A stretch of DNA of 32,000 bases from Pseudodesulfovibrio piezophilus C1TLV30 (GCF_000341895.1 NC_020409.1:2970001-3002000); one strand, 5' to 3'. Numbered from the stretch's first letter, positions 1 through 10,294 are shown. Numbers and translations: made by a program. The notes: generated by a model from the letters alone, not told the origin.

Positions 1-755
1 CGACCGAAAAGGAAACGTTTCATTATGGTGCCGTGGAAAGTTCCTTGCAACTTGAGAATGTTTCCTTCAGCTACCCTGGAACAGACAAGGCCGTTCTTCA
101 TGACATCAATTTGAATCTCAAGCCCGGTGACAAGGTCGGTATTGTCGGCCGAACCGGGGCAGGTAAATCCACCCTCGGCAAACTGATAGTCGGTCTTTAC
201 CAGCCGCTCAGTGGTGCGGTGAAGGTTGGTAATATCGATCTGCGTCAAATGGATGTGGCAGATTTACGGCGTAAGGTGGGATATGTCTCGCAGGATTCCC
301 TGCTTTTTTACGGGACACTCAAGGATAATCTTGCTTTCGGGTTGCCGGAAGCAGATGACCAGACGATCAAGGAGGCGGCTGATATCGCCGGGGTCAATGA
401 TTTCGTCAAGGATCATCCTGCTGGATTCGGCATGATGGTGGGAGAGCGGGGGACTTCGCTGTCAGGTGGGCAACGCCAAGCGGTTTCCGTGGCTCGGGCC
501 ATTTTACCCGATCCTGAAATTCTGATTATGGATGAACCTTCCAGCAATATGGACAATCAGTCGGAATATCGGCTCAAGTCAAAGCTTGAGCCATTTGTCA
601 GGGAGAAGACTCTCATCGTGATTACACATCGTCATTCCATGTTGGACTTGGTGAACAGGCTGGTTATCATGGATAAAGGGCGCATCGTTGTTGATGGGCC
701 GAAGAAGGCTGTTCTCGACGGGTTGCGATCCGGCAAGATCAAGGTCAACATGTGA
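1..755 (+). CDS. Type I secretion ABC transporter ATPase/permease, C-terminal nucleotide-binding domain (5' partial; gene starts upstream of window)
   Basis: Frame 3 is open from the window edge to the TGA at 753-755. Walker A GRTGAGKST, ABC signature LSGGQRQ, Walker B ILIMDEPS, H-loop ITHRH. Followed 8 nt later by a HlyD-family adaptor gene. Confidence 0.9.
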   Translation, partial: TEKETFHYGAVESSLQLENVSFSYPGTDKAVLHDINLNLKPGDKVGIVGRTGAGKSTLGKLIVGLYQPLSGAVKVGNIDLRQMDVADLRRKVGYVSQDSLLFYGTLKDNLAFGLPEADDQTIKEAADIAGVNDFVKDHPAGFGMMVGERGTSLSGGQRQAVSVARAILPDPEILIMDEPSSNMDNQSEYRLKSKLEPFVREKTLIVITHRHSMLDLVNRLVIMDKGRIVVDGPKKAVLDGLRSGKIKVNM

Positions 756-762
756 GGCCGTG

Positions 763-2091
763 ATGAGCAATAAAAAATTTGATAGAGAAACACTGCTGTT
801 CATGTCCGAAGTGGATCAGGCCATGCATGGTTCCGGGCGAAAGCTTGCGTATCTGATGTCTGTTTCCATTGTGTTGATGTTCGTGGGTTTTCTGGTCTGG
901 GCCAAGTTTGCCGTTCTGGATGAAGTGACGCGGGGGTTTGGCAAGATCATTCCATCCCAACGAATTCAGGAAATACAGAATCTCGAAGGCGGCATCCTGA
1001 GCGAAATTTATGTTGATGAAGGCCAGGTGGTCAAAAAAGGCGATGTCTTGTGCCGGTTGCATAATGAGCAGGCTGCCAGTTTTTACCGAGATGCCTTTGC
1101 AAAAGCGCTTGAGCATCGGGCGGCTATTGCTCGGTTGATAGCCATTGTTGAAGGGATTGAACCAGTCTTTGATGATGAATTGGTGGAAAAAGCGCCGCAG
1201 TTGGTGCAGGACCAGCGCCGTATTTATAAAGCCCAATTGGATCAGTTTGATATCGAAGTCAGTTTGCTCCAAGATCAATATGAGCAGAAGAACCAGGAAA
1301 TCAATGAGATGAAAGCGCGCCGCAACCAGCTCGATTCAAGCCTGAAAGTGGCAAAAAAACAGCGGGCTATTGCCAAACCATTGGTCGAGAAACATATTCA
1401 TTCAGAACTGGACTATCTGGCGCTTGAGCAAAAAGTACTGGAGTTGAACGGAGATGTTCAAGCCTTGAATTTAGGTATTCCCCGCGTGGAATCTGCGGCT
1501 CGTGAGGCAAAGGGACGTGTCGAGCAGCGCAAAGCCGAGTTTCGCAGTGCTGCACTGGAAGAAATCAACCAGCGTCGACAGGAACTGAGTTCTATTCGGG
1601 AATCCTTGAGTGCCGGAAGCGACAGAGTGACACGGACCGATGTTCGATCTCCGGTGAGAGGGATTGTCAAAACGATTCACATCAATACCTTGGGTGGTGT
1701 TGTTCAGCCTGGTGAGTCGATCATGGAAGTCGTTCCTTTGGATGACTCCCTGCTCGTCGAAGCCCGTATCAAACCTGCTGATATCGCTTTTCTTCATCCC
1801 AGACAGGCTGCCCAAGTTAAAATTACTGCATATGACTCAGCTATCTACGGTGGACTGGATGGGACTGTCGAGCATATCAGTGCGGATACCATTGCCGATG
1901 AACGAGGCGAAAATTATTATCTTGTGAAGGTCAGAACCTCGAAGAGTGTCATGGAATACCGTGGAGAAAGCCTTCCTATCATTCCGGGCATGACCGCTCA
2001 GGTTGATGTCCTGACCGGCAAGAAGTCTGTTTTGGATTACTTGCTCAAGCCTATTCTCAAAGCCAAACAAAACGCGCTCCGGGAGCGCTGA
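763..2091 (+). CDS. HlyD-family type I secretion periplasmic adaptor (membrane fusion protein)
   Basis: ATG at 763 (MSNKKFDRE) just after the ABC stop. The track start at 688 overlaps the ABC gene and is unlikely. One N-terminal TM (LAYLMSVSIVLMFVGFLVWAKF), a long coiled-coil middle, and a C-terminal GMTAQVDVLTGKKSVLDYLLKPI typical of HlyD/LapC-type MFPs. Confidence 0.9.
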   Translation: MSNKKFDRETLLFMSEVDQAMHGSGRKLAYLMSVSIVLMFVGFLVWAKFAVLDEVTRGFGKIIPSQRIQEIQNLEGGILSEIYVDEGQVVKKGDVLCRLHNEQAASFYRDAFAKALEHRAAIARLIAIVEGIEPVFDDELVEKAPQLVQDQRRIYKAQLDQFDIEVSLLQDQYEQKNQEINEMKARRNQLDSSLKVAKKQRAIAKPLVEKHIHSELDYLALEQKVLELNGDVQALNLGIPRVESAAREAKGRVEQRKAEFRSAALEEINQRRQELSSIRESLSAGSDRVTRTDVRSPVRGIVKTIHINTLGGVVQPGESIMEVVPLDDSLLVEARIKPADIAFLHPRQAAQVKITAYDSAIYGGLDGTVEHISADTIADERGENYYLVKVRTSKSVMEYRGESLPIIPGMTAQVDVLTGKKSVLDYLLKPILKAKQNALRER

Positions 2092-2100
2092 TCGTCGTTG

Positions 2101-3174
2101 ATGACGCGAGCCAGCCTCATACGTCGGATGGCGGCGGTCGCTTTATTGGTGGCCGCCTTCGCTATTTATCCGATGGTTGGTGGGACGACGCAGACGCAAG
2201 GTGCCGGGAACACGGAAAAGGAGGCGGCTGCGGATGATACAGTTGCTGAAAACCCCTCGGTTGAGAGCGGTTCAGAAGAGACTCAGGTTCGGGAAGTAAT
2301 CTCTTCGGGCAGGCAAGAGACACCCCCGAAGAAGGCCGTTTCCACTCAGGCCGTCACAAAAGAGGTGGGTATTCACGCTGACCGGGGTGCCTCAACTCCG
2401 GTCGTTCCAGCATCCAGCCAGGCTGAAGCAGTGTTTTCCTCAACCCCGGTCACTTCCAAAAAAACGTCCCCCGTACTCAAGTCATCTCAACCGACCTCTC
2501 CCGTAGCCAGGAAGGAAAAGGTCCCGGTTGTCCGTTCGGTGCCTGCTCCTCGAAAAGCAGGAAAAGAGACCCCCCAATCAAAGAAAATTCTGCTTTTCGA
2601 CACCATTGAATTTAAGGGAAAAATAAGAAAACTTCCCAAGTGGTCGAGAGTGCTTGCCAAAATGAAGGCTTGGAAAGGATACTTCAAGGATGCGCAGAGC
2701 GCGAAGCTTCCTTCCAGGTCAGGTTGGGTGAAGCTCAGGCGTGATGTCGCGGGGCTTGATCGTATGGGAAGACTCAAAGCGGTCAATAAATTTTTCAATA
2801 AATGGCCGTATCGATTGGATGCGGCGAATTACGGGGCCAGTGATTACTGGGCGACCCCCATGGAGTTCCTCAGAAAATCAGGAGATTGCGAGGATTATTC
2901 CATTGCCAAGTTTTATGCGTTGCAGGAGCTTGGTTTTACTGGTGATTCAATGCGAATAGTGGCTCTCAAGGACCGGATCAGAAATATCGGACACGCAGTT
3001 CTTGTGGTCTATCTTGGCAACGATGCCTATGTGCTGGATAATCAGACCAATATGGTCCTGTCTCATGTCAAATATAAGCATTATGTTCCCCAGTATTCGG
3101 TGAATGAGCACTTTCGATGGATGCATGTTCCCAGGTCGAAGAAGAGTGTGCGTCGAAGCGTGAAGAAAAAATAG
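2101..3174 (+). CDS. LapG-like periplasmic cysteine protease (bacterial transglutaminase-like cysteine proteinase, BTLCP / peptidase C93)
   Basis: Signal peptide MTRASLIRRMAAVALLVAAFAIYP, then a ~135 aa Ser/Thr/Pro/Lys-rich linker. C-terminal BTLCP core: DYWATPMEFLRKSGDCEDYSIAKFYAL (Cys codon 2887-2889), GHAVLVV (His), YVLDN (Asp). Starts 9 nt after the HlyD stop. Confidence 0.85.
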   Translation: MTRASLIRRMAAVALLVAAFAIYPMVGGTTQTQGAGNTEKEAAADDTVAENPSVESGSEETQVREVISSGRQETPPKKAVSTQAVTKEVGIHADRGASTPVVPASSQAEAVFSSTPVTSKKTSPVLKSSQPTSPVARKEKVPVVRSVPAPRKAGKETPQSKKILLFDTIEFKGKIRKLPKWSRVLAKMKAWKGYFKDAQSAKLPSRSGWVKLRRDVAGLDRMGRLKAVNKFFNKWPYRLDAANYGASDYWATPMEFLRKSGDCEDYSIAKFYALQELGFTGDSMRIVALKDRIRNIGHAVLVVYLGNDAYVLDNQTNMVLSHVKYKHYVPQYSVNEHFRWMHVPRSKKSVRRSVKKK

Positions 3175-3210
3175 AGGGAGAGGCATGCTGCCTGTCCTGT
3201 CAACAACCAG

Positions 3211-5304
3211 ATGGAGTCAACTATGGCACAGCAGACCAACTCAGAATTACCGATAAGCATCGGCGGAGCAAGGCAGGGGGTTAAGATCACCGTTGTCCTC
3301 GCTTTCGTGCTGGTGATTTCCGCAGGTATCCTGTTCCTGGCGAGCCGGGCAGTGGGCATCAAGAAATCCGAAGGACTGGAGAATCTGGAGAAACGGTATA
3401 AACTTTTGGCTCATGGCCGTGGTGAAATGTTTACGGCCTGGCTGGAGAACCTGTCTCATCAGGGTGACAGGTTGATAAAGTCTGATCTTTTCAGGCTCTA
3501 CGCCGCTGAAGTGGACAGTTTTGATGGTGATCTGGCCGGTATTTTCGGTGCTGTCGCCATTGAAGACGATGATTCTCAGGGAGAGGGAGCCGAACTCGCG
3601 GCACAGTTGCCCATGATGCAGAATATGCTTAGGGAATTTTCTACTTACTCCGGCTTTGTCAATGCCCGGATTCTCAATCGCCATGGGGATGCCTATATAG
3701 CCACGGATGGCTATCTGCCACCAATGTTGCCGGAGCAGTTGGAGCAGGCGACAGAATCCATGAAGAGCGGCAAACCTCGATTCTCTCCCCTTCGCAAGAC
3801 TTTGCAGGGGCTTGAGATGGATGTCTATGTGCCTCTTTATTCTCCTGATGGGGCGGAAAATGAGGAAGCACCAATCGGTGCGCTGATGATGACCCGACAA
3901 GTTTCTGGTAAAATAACGGAGCTGCTTGCGAATTCAGTGCTTTCTTCTCAGGGCGAACGGACTCGTTTGATCCAGAAAGGCGTTGGAGGCTATCGGCAGG
4001 TGACACCGTGGACCACGGATGGCTTTACACCTGTGCATAGTGATATCGCATTGGATGAAAACGGGGATATCCCATTTGGTGAACGGGGAAGCCTCTCCGA
4101 GCCTGAACAGAAAGTTTTTTCACTTGGGCACATGATCCATGGTCCTGATTGGTGGGTTGTTCAGGAAGGTGATTATAGTGAGGCCATGGGACCTCTTGTC
4201 GCTTTCAGAAACAGTGTGACTGTGGTTGCCGGATTGGGAATTCTTACGGCCTTGCTGATAGCGGGCTTGGCTTGGTGGGTTCTTGCCGGAGTTCAAAGCC
4301 AGAGAATAGCAGAAGAATTCAAAGCTCTTGCTGCTCAGATCGACGATCAGAAACGGTTTATCGATTCCATCAATGCCAATATCGATGAATTTATTACTCT
4401 CAAGGACCTTGAGGGGAAATACACATATGTCAATGATGCCTTCGCCGAAGCGGTTGGGCGCAAGAAAGATGAACTGATAGGTATGGATTCCGCTGCTGTT
4501 TTCGGTTTTGACACGGCAAAGCGAGTGGGGGCGGATGATGGAATTGTCTGTCAGACGGGACGCAAGGAAATCATCAATGAGTCATTTTTCCTCCATTCTC
4601 AGCGCTATGAGTTCCAGATTTCCAAGTCTCCCTACATGGACAAGGACAACATGTGTCAGGGGATTGTCGAGGTCTACAGGGATATGACGGAATTTGTGGC
4701 AGTGCAGGAAAAGAACAAGCGTCTGATCAAACGGGCCATGGAGGCCCTCGGTTCGACGATTGAGGCCGCAGACCCGTATTTGGGCGGGCACACCAAGCTG
4801 ATGGCCGGGCTTTCAGTGGAAGTCTCCAAAACCATGCACTTGTCGGAAATGGAGATGGCTGAAATAGAAACAGCCGCCAACCTTTCGCAGATCGGAAAAA
4901 TGTTTGTCGCCAATGAGATCCTGACCAAGCCGGGCAAATTGACTGATGAAGAAATGGCAGCCATGGAAGAGCATGTGGAACATGCGTATCGGATACTCAA
5001 GGATATAGACATCGATGAAGGGGTGTTGAAGGCCATTTATCAGATGAATGAGCGAAATGATGGATCTGGATATCCCAAACAGCTTGAAGCGGAGGATATT
5101 ATTCTGTCTGCTCGCATTCTTTCGGTGCTCAATGTCTTTTGCGCGATGATCCGTCCGCGTTCCTATCGAGGAGCCAAGGCACCCCGCGAAGCTTTGGGAA
5201 TTTTGGCAGCAGATGCGACCAAATTCGATGCTGCTGTTGTCGAAGCATTGGGGAATGTCCTCAAGACTCCTTCGGGTGAGCGGTTACTCGAAGGTCGGGC
5301 ATAG
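3211..5304 (+). CDS. Inner-membrane signalling receptor: TM, ~290 aa periplasmic (Cache-like) domain, TM, coiled coil, PAS, degenerate HD-GYP domain. Functional LapD analogue is proposed.
   Basis: TM1 about aa 24-47 and TM2 about aa 337-362. PAS-like IDEFITLKDLEGKYTYVNDAFAEAVGRKKDELIGM. HD-GYP fold with GGHTKLMAG, KPGKLTDEEM and DGSGYP, but the HD dyad reads SQ (LSQIGK, 4882-4899), HHE reads QMNE, and DxFDA reads NVFCAM. An alternative start at 3223 is possible. Confidence 0.8.
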   Translation: MESTMAQQTNSELPISIGGARQGVKITVVLAFVLVISAGILFLASRAVGIKKSEGLENLEKRYKLLAHGRGEMFTAWLENLSHQGDRLIKSDLFRLYAAEVDSFDGDLAGIFGAVAIEDDDSQGEGAELAAQLPMMQNMLREFSTYSGFVNARILNRHGDAYIATDGYLPPMLPEQLEQATESMKSGKPRFSPLRKTLQGLEMDVYVPLYSPDGAENEEAPIGALMMTRQVSGKITELLANSVLSSQGERTRLIQKGVGGYRQVTPWTTDGFTPVHSDIALDENGDIPFGERGSLSEPEQKVFSLGHMIHGPDWWVVQEGDYSEAMGPLVAFRNSVTVVAGLGILTALLIAGLAWWVLAGVQSQRIAEEFKALAAQIDDQKRFIDSINANIDEFITLKDLEGKYTYVNDAFAEAVGRKKDELIGMDSAAVFGFDTAKRVGADDGIVCQTGRKEIINESFFLHSQRYEFQISKSPYMDKDNMCQGIVEVYRDMTEFVAVQEKNKRLIKRAMEALGSTIEAADPYLGGHTKLMAGLSVEVSKTMHLSEMEMAEIETAANLSQIGKMFVANEILTKPGKLTDEEMAAMEEHVEHAYRILKDIDIDEGVLKAIYQMNERNDGSGYPKQLEAEDIILSARILSVLNVFCAMIRPRSYRGAKAPREALGILAADATKFDAAVVEALGNVLKTPSGERLLEGRA

Positions 5305-5327
5305 CTCGTAATATTCCATCTGGTATG

Positions 5328-5365
5328 AAAAAAGTCCCCGAAGCTCCGTCTTTGGGGGCTTTTTC
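5328..5365. terminator. Bidirectional Rho-independent terminator between the convergent receptor gene and the RND permease gene
   Basis: 10 bp stem GTCCCCGAAG (5334-5343) / CTTTGGGGGC (5350-5359, two G-U pairs), 6 nt loop. A-tract upstream and TTTTT downstream. Confidence 0.7.
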
Positions 5366-5430
5366 TTGAATCGGAGAAAGGGAGCAGAGGACTGCGGTAA
5401 ATTGAGGGCAGATCCTTTTGCCTTGTGTGG

Positions 5431-8400
5431 TCATATGTTTCGCATGAAGTGACCGATTTTCTCGGCGATTGTTTGAACGAAAACATACAAGGCAGGAACA
5501 ACGATGACACCGAGCACTGTTGCCGCGATCATGCCGCCAAAGACCGAGGTGCCCAATGCATGGCGGCTTCCTGAGCCTGCCCCGGCAGCAGTGACCAGCG
5601 GGATGACACCGAGAATAAAGGCGAAGGAGGTCATGAGAATGGGTCTGAAACGAAGCCGTGCCGCCTCCACGGCTGCTTCGGCAATGCTTTTCCCCTGTTC
5701 ATGTTGTTCCTTGGCGAATTCAACGATCAAGATGGCATTTTTGGCTGCAAGACCAATCAGCATCACAAGGCCGATCTGGGCATAGACATTGTTATCCAGC
5801 CCTCGCACCCATTGGGAAGCCATGGCCCCGAAGATGCCGAGGGGAACGCAGAAGATGACGGCAAAAGGAGTTGCCCAGCTTTCATACTGAGCCGCCAGCA
5901 CCAGGAAGACCATGACAATGGCCAGAGTGAATATCATGCCAGCCTGACCACCAGCAGTCTTTTCCTGATAGGCGATCCCGGTCCATTCATATCCATAGCC
6001 GGTGGGAAGAGTCTCATCGGCGGTCTGCTCTATTGCGGCCATGGTCTGGCCAGAACTATATCCGGTGGCCGGTGTGACAGTGATCTCCACAGTGGGGAAA
6101 ATGTTATACCGCTGAATGTATTCCGGCCCGGTCATTCGGGTCGCAGATCCAAGGGTGGTGAGAGGAACCATCTGTCCTTTTCCTGACCGCATGTAGAATT
6201 TACTCAGGTCGTCAATCCTGGTGCGGTAGTTTGATTCCGCCTGGGCCATGACTCGGTATGTTCTGCCATATTTATTGAAATCATTGATGTAATATCCGCC
6301 AAGATAGGTCTGCATGGTGGTGAAGACATCATCGATTGGCACATTGAGCTTTTTGACTTTATCCCTGTCTATTTCAACGTAATACTGCGGGACTCTACTG
6401 GAAAAGGTCGTAAAGGTGCTGGCGACCTGTGGCAGTTTGTTGGATGCACTCATGAAATTGTCAGCCACGGCAGACAGCTCATTGATTGATGCGCCTGAGC
6501 GGTCTTGCAGTTCAAACTGAAGCCCCCCTGTGGAACTCAGTCCTCGAATTGGCGGGGAAGCAAAGGCCATGACACTGGCTTCCTGAATGTTGCCGAAAGC
6601 CTTGCGGGCATGACCGAGGATCGTGTTCAAAGACAATTCGGGAGTTGTTCTCTCGGACCAATCGTCCAGTATGACGAAGACAGCTGAACTATAGGAGGAA
6701 TAGGCTCCTGAGAGCAGACTGAATCCCCCCAGAGTCACATAGCTGTGCACGCCGGGAGCTGTTTTGAGGTAGTCTTCGAGCTTGTGGACTACCTGGTCCG
6801 AGCGTTCCAGTGAGGACGCTTCCGGGAGCATGCAGTTGACGATGAAATAGCCCTGATCTTCATCCGGGACAAAGCCTGTCGGGAGTATCGAGAAAAGGCC
6901 ACTGCATCCAGCCGCGAAAACAGCTGCCGCGACAATGCCCAGAACCGAGCGTTTTACCAGTTTTCCGACGCCATTATTGTAGCGCTCGCTGACTGCATCG
7001 AAAATCAGGTTGAATTTGTCGAAGAACCATCCCAATGGTCCTCTCGCAGGCTTGTAGGGACGCAGGATGAGGGCACTCAGCGCCGGAGACAAGGTCAGGG
7101 CGTTGATGGAAGAGATGATTACCGACACCGAAAGAGTCAGAGCAAACTGTTTGTAGAGCTGCCCGGTGATGCCGCCCATGAAGGCGACGGGAATGAAGAC
7201 CGCTACGAGGACCAGCGTGGAGGCTATGATCGGTCCGGTGACTTCCTGCATGGCTTTTCGAGTTGCGTCTCGTGGGGAGAGTCCTTCGTCATCTATGATG
7301 CGCTGTGTTGCTTCAACCACGACAATGGCATCATCCACGACAATGCCGATAGCGAGGACAAGTCCGAAGAGCGTCAAGGTGTTGATGGAAAAATCCATGA
7401 GTGGGAAGAGCGCAAAGGTGCCGATCAAGGACACCGGAACGCAGACCATCGGAATCACCGTGGTGCGCCAATTCTGGAGAAAAACGAATACCACGATGAA
7501 GACGAGAAACAACGCTTCGATCAGGGTATGCATGACTTCCTCGATAGAGGAATCGACAAAGCGGGTCGTGTCATAGGGGATAGAGTATTCGATACCCTTG
7601 GGGAACATGGTGGTCAGTTCATCCATGGTATGGCGGACACTTTCGGCAACATCGAGGGCATTGGCTCCCGGCAATTGGTAGATCAGCAAAGAGGCCGTAT
7701 CCTGCCCGTTGAGTCGGGCAAAGGTGTAATAGTTTCTTGCGCCCAATTCCACTCGAGCGACATCCTGGATCCTGACAGCGCTGCCATCTTCATTGGCTTT
7801 CAGAATGATTTTTCCAAATTCATCCGGGTCGGTCAGGCGTCCTTTCACGCGAACCGACATCTGGAATTGTTGCCCTTTGGGAGCGGGAGGCATACCGATC
7901 TGCCCGGCCGGAGCCTGCACATTCTGTTCTTCGACAGCTCCGATGACATCGGAAACAGTCAGCCCGTATGTCGCCAACTTGTCAGGGTTGAGCCAGAGGC
8001 GCATGCCATAATCCTTGTCGCCAAAGAGGCTCACATCGCCGACTCCCTCGACACGGCGCAAAGCGTCATAAAGGTTTATTTGTGCGTAGTTATTGAGAAA
8101 AAGCGTGTCGTATTGTGGCAGACTGGATGTCAAATTGATAATCATGACGATGTCAGGCGACTGTTTCTTGACCGAGATCCCTGCGTTGCGGACTTCCTGC
8201 GGAAGCTTGGATGTTGCGAGGTTGACCCTGTTCTGTACATCCACGGTAGCAAGTTCCAGGTCACGGCCAAGCTCAAAGGTGACCTTGAGTGCCATGGAAC
8301 CATCGTTGGAGGAGGTTGACGACATGTACATCATGTCTTGCACACCGTTGACCTGTTCCTCGATGGGTGTTGCCACTGATTGCATGACTGTTTTTGCATC

Positions 8401-8559
8401 GGCACCAGTGTAGCTGGCCTGAACGCTGACGGATGGTGGTGCTATCTGCGGATACTGGGCAACCGGGAGCGAAAAGAGACTCAGTCCTCCAACGAGAAGG
8501 ATGATGATGGCGACCACTGAAGCGAAGATGGGACGGTCTATGAAAAAACGGACAAACAT
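5431..8559 (-). CDS. RND efflux transporter permease (AcrB/HAE1-type, 1042 aa)
   Basis: N-terminus [25 protein letters not shown], 12-TM/two-large-loop layout, conserved [10 protein letters not shown] in TM4. ATG lies 2 nt after the adaptor stop. Confidence 0.92.
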   Translation of the reverse strand: MFVRFFIDRPIFASVVAIIILLVGGLSLFSLPVAQYPQIAPPSVSVQASYTGADAKTVMQSVATPIEEQVNGVQDMMYMSSTSSNDGSMALKVTFELGRDLELATVDVQNRVNLATSKLPQEVRNAGISVKKQSPDIVMIINLTSSLPQYDTLFLNNYAQINLYDALRRVEGVGDVSLFGDKDYGMRLWLNPDKLATYGLTVSDVIGAVEEQNVQAPAGQIGMPPAPKGQQFQMSVRVKGRLTDPDEFGKIILKANEDGSAVRIQDVARVELGARNYYTFARLNGQDTASLLIYQLPGANALDVAESVRHTMDELTTMFPKGIEYSIPYDTTRFVDSSIEEVMHTLIEALFLVFIVVFVFLQNWRTTVIPMVCVPVSLIGTFALFPLMDFSINTLTLFGLVLAIGIVVDDAIVVVEATQRIIDDEGLSPRDATRKAMQEVTGPIIASTLVLVAVFIPVAFMGGITGQLYKQFALTLSVSVIISSINALTLSPALSALILRPYKPARGPLGWFFDKFNLIFDAVSERYNNGVGKLVKRSVLGIVAAAVFAAGCSGLFSILPTGFVPDEDQGYFIVNCMLPEASSLERSDQVVHKLEDYLKTAPGVHSYVTLGGFSLLSGAYSSYSSAVFVILDDWSERTTPELSLNTILGHARKAFGNIQEASVMAFASPPIRGLSSTGGLQFELQDRSGASINELSAVADNFMSASNKLPQVASTFTTFSSRVPQYYVEIDRDKVKKLNVPIDDVFTTMQTYLGGYYINDFNKYGRTYRVMAQAESNYRTRIDDLSKFYMRSGKGQMVPLTTLGSATRMTGPEYIQRYNIFPTVEITVTPATGYSSGQTMAAIEQTADETLPTGYGYEWTGIAYQEKTAGGQAGMIFTLAIVMVFLVLAAQYESWATPFAVIFCVPLGIFGAMASQWVRGLDNNVYAQIGLVMLIGLAAKNAILIVEFAKEQHEQGKSIAEAAVEAARLRFRPILMTSFAFILGVIPLVTAAGAGSGSRHALGTSVFGGMIAATVLGVIVVPALYVFVQTIAEKIGHFMRNI

Positions 8560-8561
8560 GG

Positions 8562-9782
8562 CTAGCCGTCCTTGCGTGTTGTCTCGGTCCTCTCTGTCGT
8601 TTCGCCTTCATGGGCCGAGTCTTTTGGTGTTTCGTCCAGGGGGACAACTTCGGGAGTGACGGTCATACCGGGTCTGACCCGGTTGATTCCATCAACGATG
8701 ATCTGGTCGTCAGCCTTGAGGCCGCTCTTGATGACAACGAGGCCATTGACCTCGAATCCGAGGGTTACCGGCTGATTGACGATCGTTCCTTCGTTGGTCA
8801 CGAGGTACACTGATTTCATCCCCTGGACGTCAAGGATACCTCGAACAGGAATGACAATCGCCTCTTTGGCCATATCCATGAGCACACGTATTTTCCCATA
8901 TTGTCCGGGGCGGAGCAGCCCACTGGGGTTCGGGAATGAGACCCGTATACCCAAGGTGCCTGTCTGGGAATCAATGGCTCGGTCAACCATGCTGAATGAG
9001 CCACTCTGGTCATATTCTTCACCATCGGCCAAGATCAGTTTAATACTGTTTTTGGGAGGTTTCTCCCCGAGTTGGCCTTTTTTGGCCCTGACATATTCAC
9101 TTTCGCTGACGCTGAAGCTGACATAAACCGGGTCCACCGTGGAGATTGTCGCCAGGAGTGTGGATTCATTTTGGCCCACCAAATTACCAATATCAACTTG
9201 AGCTCGGCCAATAACACCGTCTATGGGAGAATATATTTTGGTATAGCCCAATTGGATCCGGGCATTTTCGACCTGTGCGTTACTTTCACGAACCTTTGCC
9301 TGGTAAGTGTCAAAATCTGTTTGATATCCTTCGAACTCATCCTGACTGACCACGCCTTCTTCCAGCAGTTTCTGGAACCGGTCAAAATCCTTTTTTGCCT
9401 TGGCAAGCAGTGCCTGATTGTATTCCAGCCCTGAGAGAGCCACGTTCAAATCTTCCTCAAAAGGTTTGGGGTCGATGATGAAAAGCAGATCACCCTTTTT
9501 GACGTGAAGTCCTTCCTTGAATCGTTTTTCCTGCAAGAATCCGGCGACACGGGCGCGCACATCGACTGAGTCCACTGCGCTGATCTGACCGATAAACTCC
9601 CCCCAGTAAGGCATATCTCTTGTCGTGGCTCTGACCACTTTCATGGAGGGAGCTAATTGTACCTCTGGGGGAGCTTTTTCTTCCCCGCCGTCACATGCTG
9701 TCAGGAGTTGGATGCACAGAAAGATTCCCATGATGAGAGCGGGATAGTGGAATATTTTTTTCTTGGCCATGGTATCCTTCAT
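8562..9782 (-). CDS. RND efflux periplasmic adaptor subunit (AcrA/MFP family lipoprotein)
   Basis: Lipobox LLTAC after a hydrophobic leader. Biotinyl-lipoyl-like [11 protein letters not shown], coiled-coil hairpin, [13 protein letters not shown] motif. Immediately upstream of the RND permease. Confidence 0.9.
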   Translation of the reverse strand: MKDTMAKKKIFHYPALIMGIFLCIQLLTACDGGEEKAPPEVQLAPSMKVVRATTRDMPYWGEFIGQISAVDSVDVRARVAGFLQEKRFKEGLHVKKGDLLFIIDPKPFEEDLNVALSGLEYNQALLAKAKKDFDRFQKLLEEGVVSQDEFEGYQTDFDTYQAKVRESNAQVENARIQLGYTKIYSPIDGVIGRAQVDIGNLVGQNESTLLATISTVDPVYVSFSVSESEYVRAKKGQLGEKPPKNSIKLILADGEEYDQSGSFSMVDRAIDSQTGTLGIRVSFPNPSGLLRPGQYGKIRVLMDMAKEAIVIPVRGILDVQGMKSVYLVTNEGTIVNQPVTLGFEVNGLVVIKSGLKADDQIIVDGINRVRPGMTVTPEVVPLDETPKDSAHEGETTERTETTRKDG

Positions 9783-10006
9783 TGTTTGAGGTTGTATGTC
9801 CTGGTCCGAATTTGTTGAGAATTATATGAGAATTCAATATGATATCTTTGCACTCTTTTGCAGAGCATGATCAATCTATGACTCAGAGTCTGTATGGGCG
9901 CAATGATTATAGCCGGGCTGGATCCTGCAAAGCCACATGTTGACTCAAATGGCGTGAAACCGTACTGAACTTTTACGAACAATTGTCATTCTTATCGGAG
10001 GCGAGG

Positions 10007-10294
10007 ATGTCTGACAAAACATGCAGAGAGAATCCTATGAAAGGGGTTCCGCTTGATATCAACTTCACAACATTTATCTATTCACTTTCTTCGTCCGCCA
10101 TGGTGACTTTGGGCGAGGCGGCAGACCCGACCACGGGCAAAGTTGAGTTCCATCCGCAGATGGCCAAGCACACGATTGATGTGCTCGGTATGCTCAAGGA
10201 AAAATTTGATAATGGGTTGGATGAAGATGAACGGAAACTGTTGTGCGACATTGTCTATAATCTACGCATGACATATGTGAACAAAAACAAATAA
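10007..10294 (+). CDS. DUF1844 domain protein
   Basis: ATG at 10007 preceded by GGAGGCGAGG. Pattern INFTTFIYSLSSSAMVTLGE...DPTTGK...AKHTIDVLGMLKEKF..L..DE..LL..IVYNLRMTYV matches my recollection of DUF1844. The track start at 9983 is a TTG and less likely. Confidence 0.7.
   Translation: MSDKTCRENPMKGVPLDINFTTFIYSLSSSAMVTLGEAADPTTGKVEFHPQMAKHTIDVLGMLKEKFDNGLDEDERKLLCDIVYNLRMTYVNKNK

Noticed and set aside
7528-8319. 263 aa plus-strand ORF, plus several other + strand ORFs between 5504 and 8413
   Set aside because: All are antisense to the RND permease gene and have no recognisable domains.
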